This document shows, piece after piece, positions 49,945-63,469 of a DNA stretch of 64,000 nucleotides. This DNA comes from Antedon mediterranea (taxonomy: Eukaryota > Animalia > Echinodermata). The stretch is taken from assembly GCF_964355755.1 (NCBI RefSeq), contig NC_092674.1:2542001-2606000 (forward strand), written 5' to 3'. Both the position numbers and the translations under genes were made by a program. The notes beneath the pieces are model-generated. The model saw only the letters and a program-made list of their open reading frames with translations. It was not told where the DNA came from and made no database searches. Position 1 is the first letter of the stretch. Each line of letters begins with the position of its first letter.

Positions 49945-50382
49945 ATGGAAAAGGAACTTAAATCTTACATTAATGGTAGCTAGTTTTTTGCAGTTACATT
50001 ACTCGCATCGGTACCAATTTACATATGGGTGAATGAAGACCAACCAAGCAAAACTGACGCTCGAAACGTTCAATACGTTTATGATACAACAATTCGGCAA
50101 GATGAACCGTAGTCCCCGCAGGGATCTTGTTATCAATGCTAGTACAGTATTTCTTGGCTGGACAGAAATAGAACAATAGAAAGTCTGTGTGTGCTTTAAT
50201 ATCGAAACCAAATAACTTAAAAGCCATTTTGAATTGATTGTTTAATTAGTTCCTGGTAGATCTCAAAAAGGAAACCTTGTTTTTCTAATTGTGCACTTAA
50301 ATAATAGGTTTCGTTTATTATTGTATTTACTGTACATACTAAATTTATTAATGGTACATATTGACATAGTATACTATTTATG

Positions 50383-52940
50383 TTATTCGTTTATTAATGA
50401 AGAATTGGACTCTGGTATCAAGTTACAAATTTCAGTTGAATTGTCGGAGCCCCTATCTGCAACACTGTCCTGGCGTGGGTCGTCCCTGTAACGGTGTTTC
50501 CAAGCCTGCTGCCAGCCAATTCGAGTGAGTTCATAGACTGCCCTCCCAGTAAAGAAAGCAGCTAGAAGGTAGTAATAGCCTCCATACACAATGAACTGTA
50601 ATAACAAATAAAAAGGTATTATATATAATTGAGATTAATCCAAAATTGTGTACACCTCATTTGCAATGGGTCACGGATATTAAGGGGAGATTTTCCTGTG
50701 ATTGACCAAGGCTCTTTACTCTCAGTATTTATGAGACGCCTCAATTAAGGGACAGATTCAAACGTTCAGTGATCCTGGTTCTATAACAATAAATATTTAT
50801 GTAAATTTGGTTTTCGTCAGAATTTACAGTATATATACAGTCAGTGGGGTAACACAGGTGGAAAAGGCCCCGGTTTAGCACTCCTAAGGGGCCTTCCAAC
50901 GCTGGGTAGTTGGCAATGGACTGCCCATGCTCTGGGGCCCCTGGTTTAGCACTCCTAAGGGGCCTTTCAATGCTGGGTAGTTGCATTGAACTGCTCATGC
51001 TCTGATGCCCCTTAAGCTCCTGGGCCCTTGGGTTTAGCCAATGAGGGCTCATAGCTGTTAAACCACTGTATACATATATATAGTTTGCTTTCTATGTAAA
51101 ATAAAATATTTGTTGAAAACCTGTATCCTTGTACAGTTACCAACAATTTATACCTGGGTATCGGCTGGTAGGTTAAGAGTTCGATAATCCACGAATATCA
51201 ATGTCAAGATTGTCTGAAGAACCAGCGCCACAAATGTATTGAAACCAAACACAAGTGCAAAACGATCCGATGTTAAGTGTTGCGCTATTTGGTATCTGGA
51301 ATAGAATTAACAAAATCTATAAATGTGTACATATACATGTTTGGTTATGAAAGAAAATTTTTTTTTAATCTAATTAGTGCAATAGGAGACCTACAGTACT
51401 AGTGATTAGGTTCGCTTTTCAGGAATCCTGTCTCTGCCTGGTTTTGTGTGTTGCTTTTCTTGTTCTTTGTCCATGTTTTGTAAATTGTATTTTTAACCAT
51501 TTAGCCCAATCAAACAATACAAAATGGAATACAATTATTCAACCTATAACTTACGATGAAATGGTTATCACAAGTTGATATGAGGATCGGAAGAGAATGT
51601 AGAAGATATAACAAAGCCAGATGTTGTTTGTCCATCCCATAATAGTAAGAAGAATGGCATCCAACACTGACATTACAGCTAAGATGGCCTCACCAAAGAT
51701 GTCCCAGTTAACATTGCAAAACATTATAAAAAATGCTGATAGAGCACCTGAAATTGGATAAAATAATTCATTATGCCTTTTATATCAAAATGTTGTTGTG
51801 TAAATGCAATTAACTTATATGAACAAATAAGGGCCAGCATTGCATAATCAATGAGTATGTTTATAATGTACAAATTATTAACATTAAGGGCACTGTAGCA
51901 TGAAGCCTCTGTCTACACTATCGAACTTTATGTGAAAAAAAAAAATGTGCCCATAATATATAGACATGATGATGTCAAACTAGTTTGATAGTGTAGACAG
52001 AGTTAGTTATCCTTTAATTTACAACTGTTTGTTTACCTGCTAGAGTTGCAGCAGCCTCAACAGCACCGTTCCATATTTGGTGATGATCCCCATCGGGTTG
52101 CTTCTCTAGGATCACTTGCCATAAATTCTGGATATAATTTCCAACTTGAAAGTAGCCGCAGGTTGCAAATGCCCACCAGATTGACCACTGTAGGAGATTC
52201 CGCGAGGAAAAACATTCTCTGAAATCGGTCCATAATCGCTGGAAGCTTGAACGGAAATTTGTTGGTGTAGAATGGCATCTATGCACTTCTGTTTCTGCGA
52301 CATCCAGTCTTTCATTAGTGACAGTTTCACTTATGTCTGCATCATTGCCATCTTGTTGATGGAAATAAACACTCTTTTTTACCGAAGGCAACGTCAAACT
52401 TATTAAAAAAGCTATTGATACAAACACCATTGATATTATATTTAACCCCATATAATGAAGGACGTTTAGACTAATTAAAATTTGAGATAGAACTCCGGCG
52501 ACAAATCGTCCAATCAAAGAAGATGACCTCGTAAAACTTGAAACTTTCTGATAATGTTCTTCGTCAACCACTGCATAGATGTAAGAGTAATAAGCAATTT
52601 CAGTGGCGGTTGCTAAACCATAAAAGAACTGCATGAGTTTCATCAGGGTTAATCCAGAGGCCCAGAGAAGAAGTGACCATGTTGATAAATAAGTGATTCC
52701 TTCAAAGATAATAACAGGTTTGTAAAGTAGAAAGTCTGTGACAAGGAAGACCACCACAAGAGCTGCCATGTAAGAGTAAGTCCACAGTGGATAAATCTGA
52801 TTGTCCACCTGGTCTTCAGTGACATTCTTTGATTCAAGTAGGAAGGAGGTTAGGTAGGGCTCTGATGGACGCAGTTCCTTGAAGAAGCCGTACAGACACA
52901 GCAAGATAGTGGCAAGTTTCCATGACTGAAGATTCTCCAT
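50383..52940 (-). CDS. SLC19A: SLC19A-family thiamine/reduced-folate transporter
   Basis: Exons 52037-52940, 51555-51747, 51154-51295, 50383-50595. Motifs [81 protein letters not shown]. Confidence 0.95.
50842..51068. mobile_element. Possible hAT-like MITE with an internal ~70-bp duplication
   Basis: CAGTGGGGTAAC...GTTAAACCACTG ends; the flanks TATACAGT/TATACATA match 6/8. Confidence 0.5.
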
Positions 52941-54266
52941 CCTCTTTGCCCTAAACAAGAAGATACAATTTGTAGTATGACCTAAAATGGGGTGGCTACT
53001 GTACTGTAGAAGTATGTGAATGATATGACCATGACATGTGTTGTGGTCTCACTCACTGTCACACTCATCATTCATGCCATGCATGCTCTCCTCCCGTCAT
53101 TAAACCATGCACAACTAAAAATGTTTCACGGCCAAACAGTACAATGATAATGTATCATTTGCTTACCTGAATACACTACTACTTACTAGCTAAAAAAAGA
53201 GAAGGTACAAGTTACTAATCTTTTGGTATTTCCTTATCCTATTGTAATTGTTTGTTTGTTTGTACATGTTCCTTGTTTCATGTTGTTTTGGTTTCTATCC
53301 ATCCATGCGTGTAAAACTATAAATGACGGAAAATTAGAGGGCGTATTTTTTTTAAGGATGCTGGGATAGTTTGTTCGCTCAATTCATCCGGGTAACTGAT
53401 ATCTGATGTTCTTTTTGAAATCTGCGGTTTACACCCTTTAAATTGGTATATTTGCTTTTTTTGATCATTTATTTGATATATTTCTTTATTTTTCTACGAT
53501 AACGTAGGTTTTGATGTATACAGTGTAATAATATGCTTGTATTTAATGTTTAAAAAACCGTTCCTGATTGAGGAAATAAATGTACGTTTGTTGGTGTGTA
53601 CATTACTCAAATTACAAAATGGCGTCTGGCCTGATCGCGAATCGATGAATAAAACAATTTTTTAATTTGTGAGATTAACGAATGTATTTGTTTGAAAAAT
53701 ATATTAACACCTTACTTAGATTATGTATTTATTTATTCTATTTTATTATTGTTTTATGGTTTAAAATCAATAAAATAACTAGGCTAGGCCTAGAAATCTT
53801 AGAAATGTTAGGTTGTTGCTTGTTGGATCCCGATGCGATGATGTAGGCCTAGGCCTAGCTAGGGGCCATGAAGGTTTGCTAGGCCTAGGTTTTAGTAAGT
53901 TAGTACAGTAGTGTAATACCATTCTGGGTGGGAAGTCCATATAATAGATAAGAAGCTAACCCTTCTGAGTCCTGCCTATAAAGCTTTAAAACTTGCTTAG
54001 ATAGGTATTAATTAAGGAGAGGGGGACTGTTTAATTATATAAATTAATTGATTATTTATATATTAGGCCTATATGCGGAGCCTAGAATAGATAATAACTA
54101 CTGTACTGTACTACTTATATTCTATATAATAAGTAAGTAGGCCTATTCTATTTAGGCATAAGACTATTATTTTTAATTAAAGCACAGTACAGTACAGTAT
54201 AATCGACTAATTTCAATTGTTCAATCTTTCACCTTAGATTTCATAGTAATTGGTTTGTCTTGCAAA

Positions 54267-57200
54267 ATGTCGGACGAGACAGCAGATAGCATTGATGGAG
54301 ATATTGATATGGAGATTGAAGAACCTGATGATGGTACCCTCATCTTTGAAGAAGAACAAATGAAAGAAACATTTCCTGATTTAAATAACAAAGAGGATGG
54401 TTCTCCACCAAGCCTTGATCCTTCTGTCATACAAAACCAGAATAATCTGCCTCCAGGTATTTATGTTATAGGACCCAATTCAAATAAACCGATTCCGATA
54501 ACGACGCAAGGGTCTGGACTACCAACGCAAAAAGAACTTGTAAGTGCGGTTTCTCAAGCAATATCTACCACCACAAAGTTGGAATTCGATCCGTTAGCGG
54601 AACCTATCAATGTTTATGAAAACACATTTATTTGTCACGCATGTGTGCATGTTGCAAAGAATGCAGAAGAACTGAACAAACATATTACCACAAATCACCC
54701 GAAAGAGCAACTGATATTTTTTAGATGCACAGCTTGCAAATTCTCTACCACACATAAACATAAATATAATATACACATGAAGCAACATGGTTTGATGGAA
54801 GAGATTGATCAGAATGACATATTTACATGTGATAAGTGCGATTATCGGACTATCTACCGTAACGACCTTGCTACGCATAAATTAAAACATGAAAAAGAAA
54901 AGCCATTTAAATGCCAACATTGCGATTTTCGAAGTATATATCGGCATAGCTTGATACACCACGTGTCGTCGAAGCACGATAAAGTTCGGCCATTTAAGTG
55001 CAAGTACTGTGACCATTCCACTGCAAGACGTCAAGACCTACTTACGCATCTCGGAAAACATGAAGAAGCGAGAAGATTCAAGTGCGATTTATGCGACTAT
55101 ACGACTCCCTATAGGCCGTGTTTCAGAGCTCATATGGACCGACACTTTGGTAATCGGCCATTTAAATGTGAACTGGATTACTGTGACTTTGCAACCACTA
55201 CCAAACAAAACTTAAAGTCTCATATGTTGAAGCACGGAGATAAACCATACAAATGCGGGTTTTGCTCGTATTCTGCCACGCATAAACAACAGCTTCTGAA
55301 CCATATGGACCGGCACGATGCTGTACCGCAAAACCTATTAAAAAAGTCTTACAAATGTGATTTATGCGATTACACAACGCCTCACAAATTTTCTTTGAAA
55401 CGCCATAGCGAACGACACGATGAGAATAGGAGTAAACCCGAGAAAATGTTTGCGTGTACCGAATGTGAATACACGACCGGTTATAAAAGTAGCCTGAAGC
55501 GACACATGGCTAAGCACAGTGATATTAAACCGTTTAAATGTGGACATTGTGATTACTCTGCTATAAATATGACACAGATGCATGTACACATAGCTAAACA
55601 TACCGGTAAGTAAAGCTCTGTCTAACACTATCAAACTTTATGTGACAAAAAAATTGTGATGTGCCTATATATGGTCATATCACTAGCATATTTTGTCATA
55701 TCACTACTATATATGGGTACATAATTCTTTTCTTTGTCAAACTAGTTTGATAGTGTAGACAGGGTTAAGGATTGGTTGTTCTTAGTACTGTATATGGAGT
55801 TAGTTGAGGGGTTACAGTAATGGGTAAAAATGTCTGTCTCCTTGCACTGCTCTTGTAAATTGTAAGTTTTTATTAAATAGTAAATTATGTAAATGTAAAA
55901 TTTCTTCTACTAAATTTCGAGTCTTTTAATTGGCAGGTTTGAAACCATTCAAGTGTGACCAATGTGAGTATGCCACTGCAAACAAACAACATCTTAGAGC
56001 CCACATGGCAAAACATTCTGAACACAAGCTTGTCTGTGATAAGTGCGGATTTATGACTGCTTGGAAGCAGCGTATGCGAGTGCACCAAAAAGCACATGCG
56101 TCTGGTAAAGTTTTTACAACTAAAGTTTATACGAAGAGCTTTGTAACGGAACCTTTAACCAAATCACAGGTGGATGCAGGTGATCCTAACAATGAGGCTC
56201 TTTCACAAATCTCCGACGCCATTGCTGCGTTTCAGTCCGGAAAAACTTTTCAAATAGAGGTATTAATTTTATTTTTATTACAAAACTGAAATAAACATCA
56301 TGCTTAGATGTTGATGAATATAAAAAAATAAGCTAAGATATAAAATTAAAGAATAAACAGGAATGAGGAATTTTGTAGAACATTTAATCACATTTATTGT
56401 AAACATTGTTTTACATAGAATTCTAATGGAGATACACAAGAAGTATATGTAATCAATCAAGATGTTGATGATGTTGACAGTAACGGTGCTGTTGTGGTTA
56501 TCGGTAATGATTTTGATGAAGGAACAGTAAGTTGACTTTTTAATGTAGTTGATGAGGCAATTACCATATTAAAAATCAAATGCAGGTTATTCTCTATTGC
56601 AATGTATCTATAGTGCTTCTTATTTATTCATTCACATTTATTAGAAACATTCCAAAAAAAAACATGCAATTTACACGAACTGAATGTTGGACATAACAAT
56701 TGTTGGTACTAGGACTGGGTGAGGTACCTGTACAACAGACACTATTACTTACTAGAATTAACACTATAACAAGCTTGTGTGTTGTTTTATTTTAGGACCA
56801 ACTGCACCTTGTGGTTGGTGGAGATAACGAGATGGACAACACTGTGCAATATGTTATAGAAGATGGCTTGCAAATTATAAGAGAACCATCTGAGACGGTG
56901 AACGTCGAACCGCAAGACGACGTACAAAGTGACGGCAATGGTGCACTGATGCAAGAATCATCTTTAACGGTGAACGTCGAACCGCATGACGATGTACAAG
57001 GTGACAGCAATGGTGTATTTATGCGAGAATCATCTGAGACGGAGAAAGTCGAACCGCAAGACGATGTAAAAAGTGACAGCAATGGTGCATTAATGCGAGA
57101 ATCATCTGAGACGGAGAACGTCGAACCGCAAGACGATGTACAAAGTGACAGTAATGGTGCATTAATGCGAGAATCATCTGAGACGGAGAACGTCGAACCA

Positions 57201-57485
57201 CAAGATGACGTTCAAAGTGACAGCAATAGTGTATTAATGCGAAAACCATCTGAGACGGTGAACGCCAAACCGAAAGATAACGTACAAAGCGACGGCAATG
57301 GTGTATTGATGCGAGAACCATCTGAAACGGTGAACGTCAAACCGAAAGACGCACAAAGCACCACTGAGTCTGTGGACATTGGTCAACAAAATGGTTTGCC
57401 AATCGCCATTAATAGTGTCTTGATGAAAGCCTCATCCAACACCTCATCCGACACTATAACTTCAATTTATTTCCAAACTACATGA
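54267..57485 (+). CDS. C2H2 zinc-finger protein (~13 fingers) with an acidic repetitive C terminus
   Basis: Exons 54267-55605, 55937-56259, 56419-56527, 56796-57485. Repeated F/Y-x-C-x2-C-D-Y/F...H-x3-H fingers with KPFKC linkers. Confidence 0.92.
56878..57360 (+). repeat. Coding tandem repeat, 72 bp (24 aa) x ~6.5
   Basis: RESSETENVEPQDDVQSDSNGALM-type unit in the last zinc-finger gene exon. Confidence 0.9.
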
Positions 57486-59319
57486 GATTAAATATTTGAT
57501 TTCGATAACATGAACAAAAACAGATAAAAATGAAACAAAAACCTTTTGTATTTACCGGGGAAGCCCTGTAAATAAAACATGGAAGTCAATCTATCCTTTG
57601 TTTTACCGACATGAAAATTATGCAGACTGCCTCCCCTCTAGTGGAATAATTATGTGTATCTGACAATGTAACAAAACGTTCATTCATGTATTCAGTACAT
57701 TGATTATTATAGATTTTAAATACATAGCTGATATTGTAATGAATTATTTAAAAGTTTGATTTGGTGATAAGCCAACCAGTTTGGTTTTTAAAGAGTTTGC
57801 TGACCATAACAAATATCATTAGTTTAAAAAAAAAATTGTTTGGAATTCGAAAAAACGGTTTTTTATTTTTAATTTCATTGTATTGTAATCTGTTACATCA
57901 CTGCATGGTTGTAAAATTAAACGTTATTGTGTTTTGTCCTAATAAATGAAAGAAGATTTGTATCGGCGGTAACATCAAAGAACAATTCAATCCGCTACCA
58001 TTCACAGCTCAGAACGGCGCATGTGCGGCTATAAGAAGTAAACAAAACACAAATGTATTTAATCATACCAACCAACGTCCGACCATGATTTGCACATGAA
58101 ACTTTAAAAAAAAAAACATTAAAAGATCAATAAAGGAGTATTTATGCAGAGTTTATGGCCTTCAATATTGTAAGAACAGAAACGTGTTCGCTTTGTCTGG
58201 GTTTTGACTTAATATTAGTAAAAAGATAAATATTTTGGCACATATGCCGTTTCATACATACACTAATTGAGTGCGAAACTTTCAGGACAAAAATCCGAAA
58301 CGACGACTGTGGACTAAAAGACAATAATACAGACTTGAAGCAAGTTTAGTGTTCGCTATTCATAATTGACATAATATTAATAATTTGGTCTTTTATTATT
58401 AGTTAGGCCATATTGAAATTCATTATTTTCTAATTAAATGAAAAGTGACGTATATTAAGGGAAGATACAAAAGACGGGTTTTGTTTGTTTCGTCACAGAC
58501 GTGTATACAACAATAGCGTATTGTATAATTTCACTAGAATACGTGAATAATGGCGTATTTGAAGTGAATGACATAACAACTTAATATCCCTTCATAAGTC
58601 CAATATTTTTCTTGCTATGGTTGGTCAATATGACAACACAATACATTGACCGTATTTAACTTCATATATAAAGATGAGATGTAATTACCTAGTATAGGTA
58701 ACCATATATTTCCTTCATGAGATAACGAAGACAAGTGTATATTGTCTAGTATAAATGAAAGAATTATTATTAATTTTTACTAATTTGAATTTGATTGGTA
58801 AAACACTTGTTTGTTGCCGTTCTCATCGTGCGATTGGTTGTACCAGGAAGGAAGTTGAAAAATTAAAAACATTTTTGAAATTAAATTTGGTCGCTTAAAA
58901 AAAACCCTTTTATTATAGGCCTATTAAACTCTGTCCACAATATCAAACTTTATGTGAAAAGTGTAATGTGCCCATATATTGACATGATGTCATATACCAT
59001 GTATATCACTTCCATATTTGGGCATATCATACTTTTTTCGTCAAACTAGTGTAGTGTAGACAGAGCTTTAAGCTTGTTAAATTTCTATTTCTGAAAAACC
59101 TGCTTTCAACAAAAACGTTCTAACAAATACGAAATGACAGATTTGCTTGATATTGCCGTTAGTACACTTGAAACTACCAAATGACAGTGTTATTCATTTT
59201 GGAAAAGGAAATTGTAATTACCATGACAACTAGTACGCTATATATGGAGTATTGGCAGCACTACGTCGTTCACTTTGCATGTTAAGCCGCGCGCCTGCAC
59301 TCTCTGCGGTCGTGTAAGA

Positions 59320-62300
59320 ATGTCAGCATTCTCGAATTTTAACTTAAGTTTGGTTGTAACCATATTTTTTTTTCTGTTAATCCACCAATCGAACTGTAAT
59401 GATTATTCAGGTAAGATTTTCTTTGAATTTCTTTTTGATATATATTAGTTATTTGTAGGCCTACGTCATATAGGCTGTCATGCGGATTTGTGGTGTTTTA
59501 AATATTTATCTAAATTGCTTTTATAATGTTTTTGTCGCTTGTTATTGGTCAACTCACTTTCGTGGTGCGTACCGTTCCCAGTTGCGTTGCGTCGTCCAAC
59601 CAGCTTTAGAACAAAATACACCTGGGGCGGATTACTATAAGCGGTCTATAACCGGTCTTAGCGCTTAGCCGGCTATAATTCGTGTACGAAAAAAAAATCG
59701 CGTTCCGGCACGGTTCCGGTCCGGCCAATCGAACATCAATGTTTCGTTTTCACTACGCTCCACGCGGCTATGCGCCAATCGATATACGCGTAGCTGCGTG
59801 AAAACGAAAGATTGACGTTCAATTGGATTCTCCGGCGCGCGCCGGACCGGAACCGTGCCGGCCGGAACAGGTGTGAAAGACCCTTAATACAGGATTTGGA
59901 CCCAGGACAATGCCACTACGTCCAATCAACCATATTGTGGAAATTGGTAGCTCGACTTGTTTAAGCCTAAAATAGTAAATGCATGTTTTTACTTTTATTT
60001 TATGTTTGAAGTTAGTTGTTACAGATGTTTTGATGGGCTATGCTTTGACACCAGTCACGTGGAGATTTGTCCTCTGATGGAGTATCCGGTAATAATTGAC
60101 AATTAAATTGTATTTGTATCTTCATTTTAGGAGGGTAGATTTTAGTAAGACCATTTTGGCGACATTATTCCAAATACCCCAAACATTTAGGCCTAAAGTA
60201 ATGGTGTTTTTGTAGTGGTCTACCCATAGAAGTTGTAATTCAGATTCTTTGAATAATTTGATTTTTGTTTCTGACGAATATACATATTGTCAGTGGTTCT
60301 TTTCGCCATTATTTGTAGGGATGTGAACTGGAGTTCGAATTTAGTAACCATAATCTCGAAGTTACAGAAGCAGTGCTAGATTGTAGAGCCAGGGTAGTAG
60401 AGGACCACTGTCATGGCGGTTCTGATAGCTGCAAGTTACATTGCAATGGTGATTTGTGTAATACAGTTGAACAGATGTTAGATATTTGTGACGGTACATG
60501 CCAAGGTAAAAATATACGAGTGTGATCTGTATTTCTATTTGTGGGAGGGTGGTGATGGCCTATAGTGATAAGGCTGTAGAGAGCAACGTTATTTTTATAT
60601 CATAATGTAAGAAGTTTCGATTCTATCTAGCACTGCATCGCAATTTCTATATAAAAATTAGGCAGCAAAATGTTTAATTGAAAGATTTATATGGTCAATA
60701 CAAAATGTGAGGAAAAATCGTAGAATTTCCGGCCTTGTCCAACTTACAAGCCAAGATGGTTGCTCTATTTCACATAAAAAAAACAATTTGTTACAGATTC
60801 GTTGTTAGATGTGATTGCAACGCTTTCTAACACAACTCTGCAGGCAACAGATAACCCAAGTACCCGCCGGATAAACTCAGACAAACAAAGTACAGCAAGA
60901 GACTTAATCCCAGACCAAACAAGTACAGCAAGAGACTTAATCTCAGACCAAACAAGTACAGCAGCAAGAGACTTACTTCCAGACCAAACAATCACAAGAG
61001 ACCAAACTTCATCATTTGATTATACTACCACCGATAGTACTTATCAGTTATTGGAGACTAAATTGGTAAAAATGCAGTATATAATTATTATATATAGTCT
61101 TAGGTATAAACTGACGATGATTTGATAAGCTATACATTCATTTGTTATCTATATCAATTATATACAATGTTCTGTTTTTAACAATGCAGTATATAATTAT
61201 TGTATATGATAGCTTTAGGTAACTGACGATGGTATATACGATGCATTCATTTATTGTCTATATCAATTATATTTTGAGTATTCATCTGTATTATTTGACA
61301 GTATTTTTTGTAAATATTTAATGATTTATTTGATTTTAACATCGTTTTTTTTTTCAGGAAGATTTAACAACTTTACTTGAAAAGGTTAGACTATCGTATT
61401 TTGAAGTAACAAACTTACTATCTACCTATACTTAGTTACTTAGATGTATTTTATTTTTTAAAATTCTATATTTTATTGATACTTTACTATTTTTTAAGTC
61501 CAAGAATACCAACATTAGTATTATGGACGTCGTCACAGAATTTGAGGAGCAACTCATTCAAGTGGCCAAAGAAAGTGACGTCACAGTTAATGTAAACGTT
61601 GGCGGTATATGTAAGTTTTGTAATATATTTCAATCTGAATTTTTGTTTTCGAAAAATACCAATACATATTGCAAGATTACCTACTGCAGTAGGCCTACCT
61701 TCAATATGGAAAATAGCCGTACCTAATATGGCAAGTACTGTACCTAATATGGCAAGTTCTCTACCGAATATGGCAAGTACCGTACCGAATATGGCAAGTA
61801 CCGTACCGAATATGGCAAGTACCGTACCTAATATGGCAAGTACAGTACCTACGGCAAGTGCTCTACCTAATATGGCAAGTACCGTACCTAATATGGCAAG
61901 TACCGTACCTAATATGGCAAGTACCGTACCTAATATGGCAAGTACCGTACCTAATATGGCAAGTACCGTACCTAATATGGCAAGTAGGCCTACACTACCT
62001 AATAGGGCAAGTACACTACCTAATATGGCAAGTACCGTACCTAATATGGCAAGTACCGTACCTAATATGGCAAGTACCGTACCTAATATGGCAAGTAGGC
62101 CTACACTACCTAATAGGGCAAGTACACTACCTAATAGGGCAAGTACCGTACCTAATATGGCAAGTAGGCCTACACTACCTAATAGGGCATGTACACTACC
62201 TAATAGGGCAAGTACCGTACCTAATATGGCAAGTAGGCCTACACTACCTAATAGGGCAAGTACACTACCTAATAGGGCAAGTACCGTACCTAATATGGCA

Positions 62301-63397
62301 AGTAGGCCTACACTACCTAATAGGGCAAGTACACTACCTAATAGGGCAAGTACCGTACCTAATATGGCAAGTAGGCCTACACTACCTAATAGGGCAAGTA
62401 CCGTACACTACCTAATATGGCGATTCGTACCTTATATGTCAAGTCTTACTATGACTAAATTATTTCCCTGATGTAATTTTTTGTTTATTTTAGATGCAGG
62501 ATTCAGCGAAATAAAATCTGATGAAGAATTTATTTTACGTAATACCGATACAAACTTAAGTTTACCCATTTCAGTTAATTTAGGTCGTGGCGTTAATAAC
62601 ACAGGTTAGTGAGAGTTGTAGTTAGATAACACGATCATAACGCCATTGTATTTATTATCATCTGCATCATTTTGTCATTGTCATCTTCATCATCTTCATC
62701 ATTATGTTGTTTAATTTTACTTTACTTGGTCAACACCCGTGTGCGACTAATTCAAATGAGGTTTACTCACAATATAGATGATATGATGATTATGATGATG
62801 ATGATTCTTCCTGTTGGCCTGAAAATTTGATTTCAACAGATCATTCTTACATTAATTGATTAATACTTATTCTTGATTTGCAGAAGATAATATGAAGATA
62901 ACGTATACTATTTTCAATGAATCATATTTTGATTTGATGCTTGGAACAGACGATATAGGGTAATTCTAAAGCTCTGTCCACACTATCAAACTAGTTTGAC
63001 AACAAATGTGCCCAAAATATGGTAGTGATGTCATCGTGTCCATATATGGTCACATAAAGCTTGATAGTCTAGACAGATCTTTAGACATGGTTTTATAAAT
63101 TAGTAGGTGGTACCGTCTTAGTAGAATTATGTGTACGTATATCCAACAGAAGCAGAGAAGAAACATTACATAAAATGCTAAATCTTCTTAAATTATTATT
63201 GTTACACTGTTCCACTCACACGTGCCACAAGACTAATTACATTAAAATGACGTCACCATAATATTTTTTATGTTTCCTCTTTTAAAAAAAATCTTAGAGA
63301 AGTTGCTGCGAGAGCTGCTATTCTTTCATTGACTGTAATAACTCAATCAGATGATCCAGTACAAACCGATATCTCATTTTCAATTCCACACGAAAAG
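59320..63397 (+). CDS. Probable adhesion GPCR / GAIN-domain protein, 5' exons: signal peptide, Ly6/uPAR-like domain, Ser/Thr stalk, GAIN-like region; continues past the window
   Basis: Phase-consistent exons 59320-59410, 59893-59946, 60012-60088, 60319-60505, 60797-61065, 61358-61384, 61499-61610, 62494-62604, 62884-62959, 63298-63397. VSCYRC...CKLHCNGDLCN; T/S-rich stalk; NLSLP..., ITYTIFN, VAARAAILSLTV...DISFSIPH resemble GAIN beta strands. GPS and 7TM are not in the window. Confidence 0.6.
61717..62420. repeat. 21-bp minisatellite ACCTAATATGGCAAGTACCGT with a higher-order 69-bp unit at the 3' end, intronic
   Basis: Directly visible; lies between exons 61499-61610 and 62494-62604. Confidence 0.95.
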
Positions 63398-63469
63398 GTA
63401 TATTTCCTCATTTAGTTTTTATAGGCTATTAATATGTGTTGCGGCATTATTGATAGAAGAGGACATTAT

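Noticed and set aside
61599-62471. 290-aa PNMASTV repeat ORF as a mucin exon
   Set aside because: Open in two frames because the unit is a multiple of 3. The flanking exons join in phase without it. An alternative exon cannot be fully excluded.
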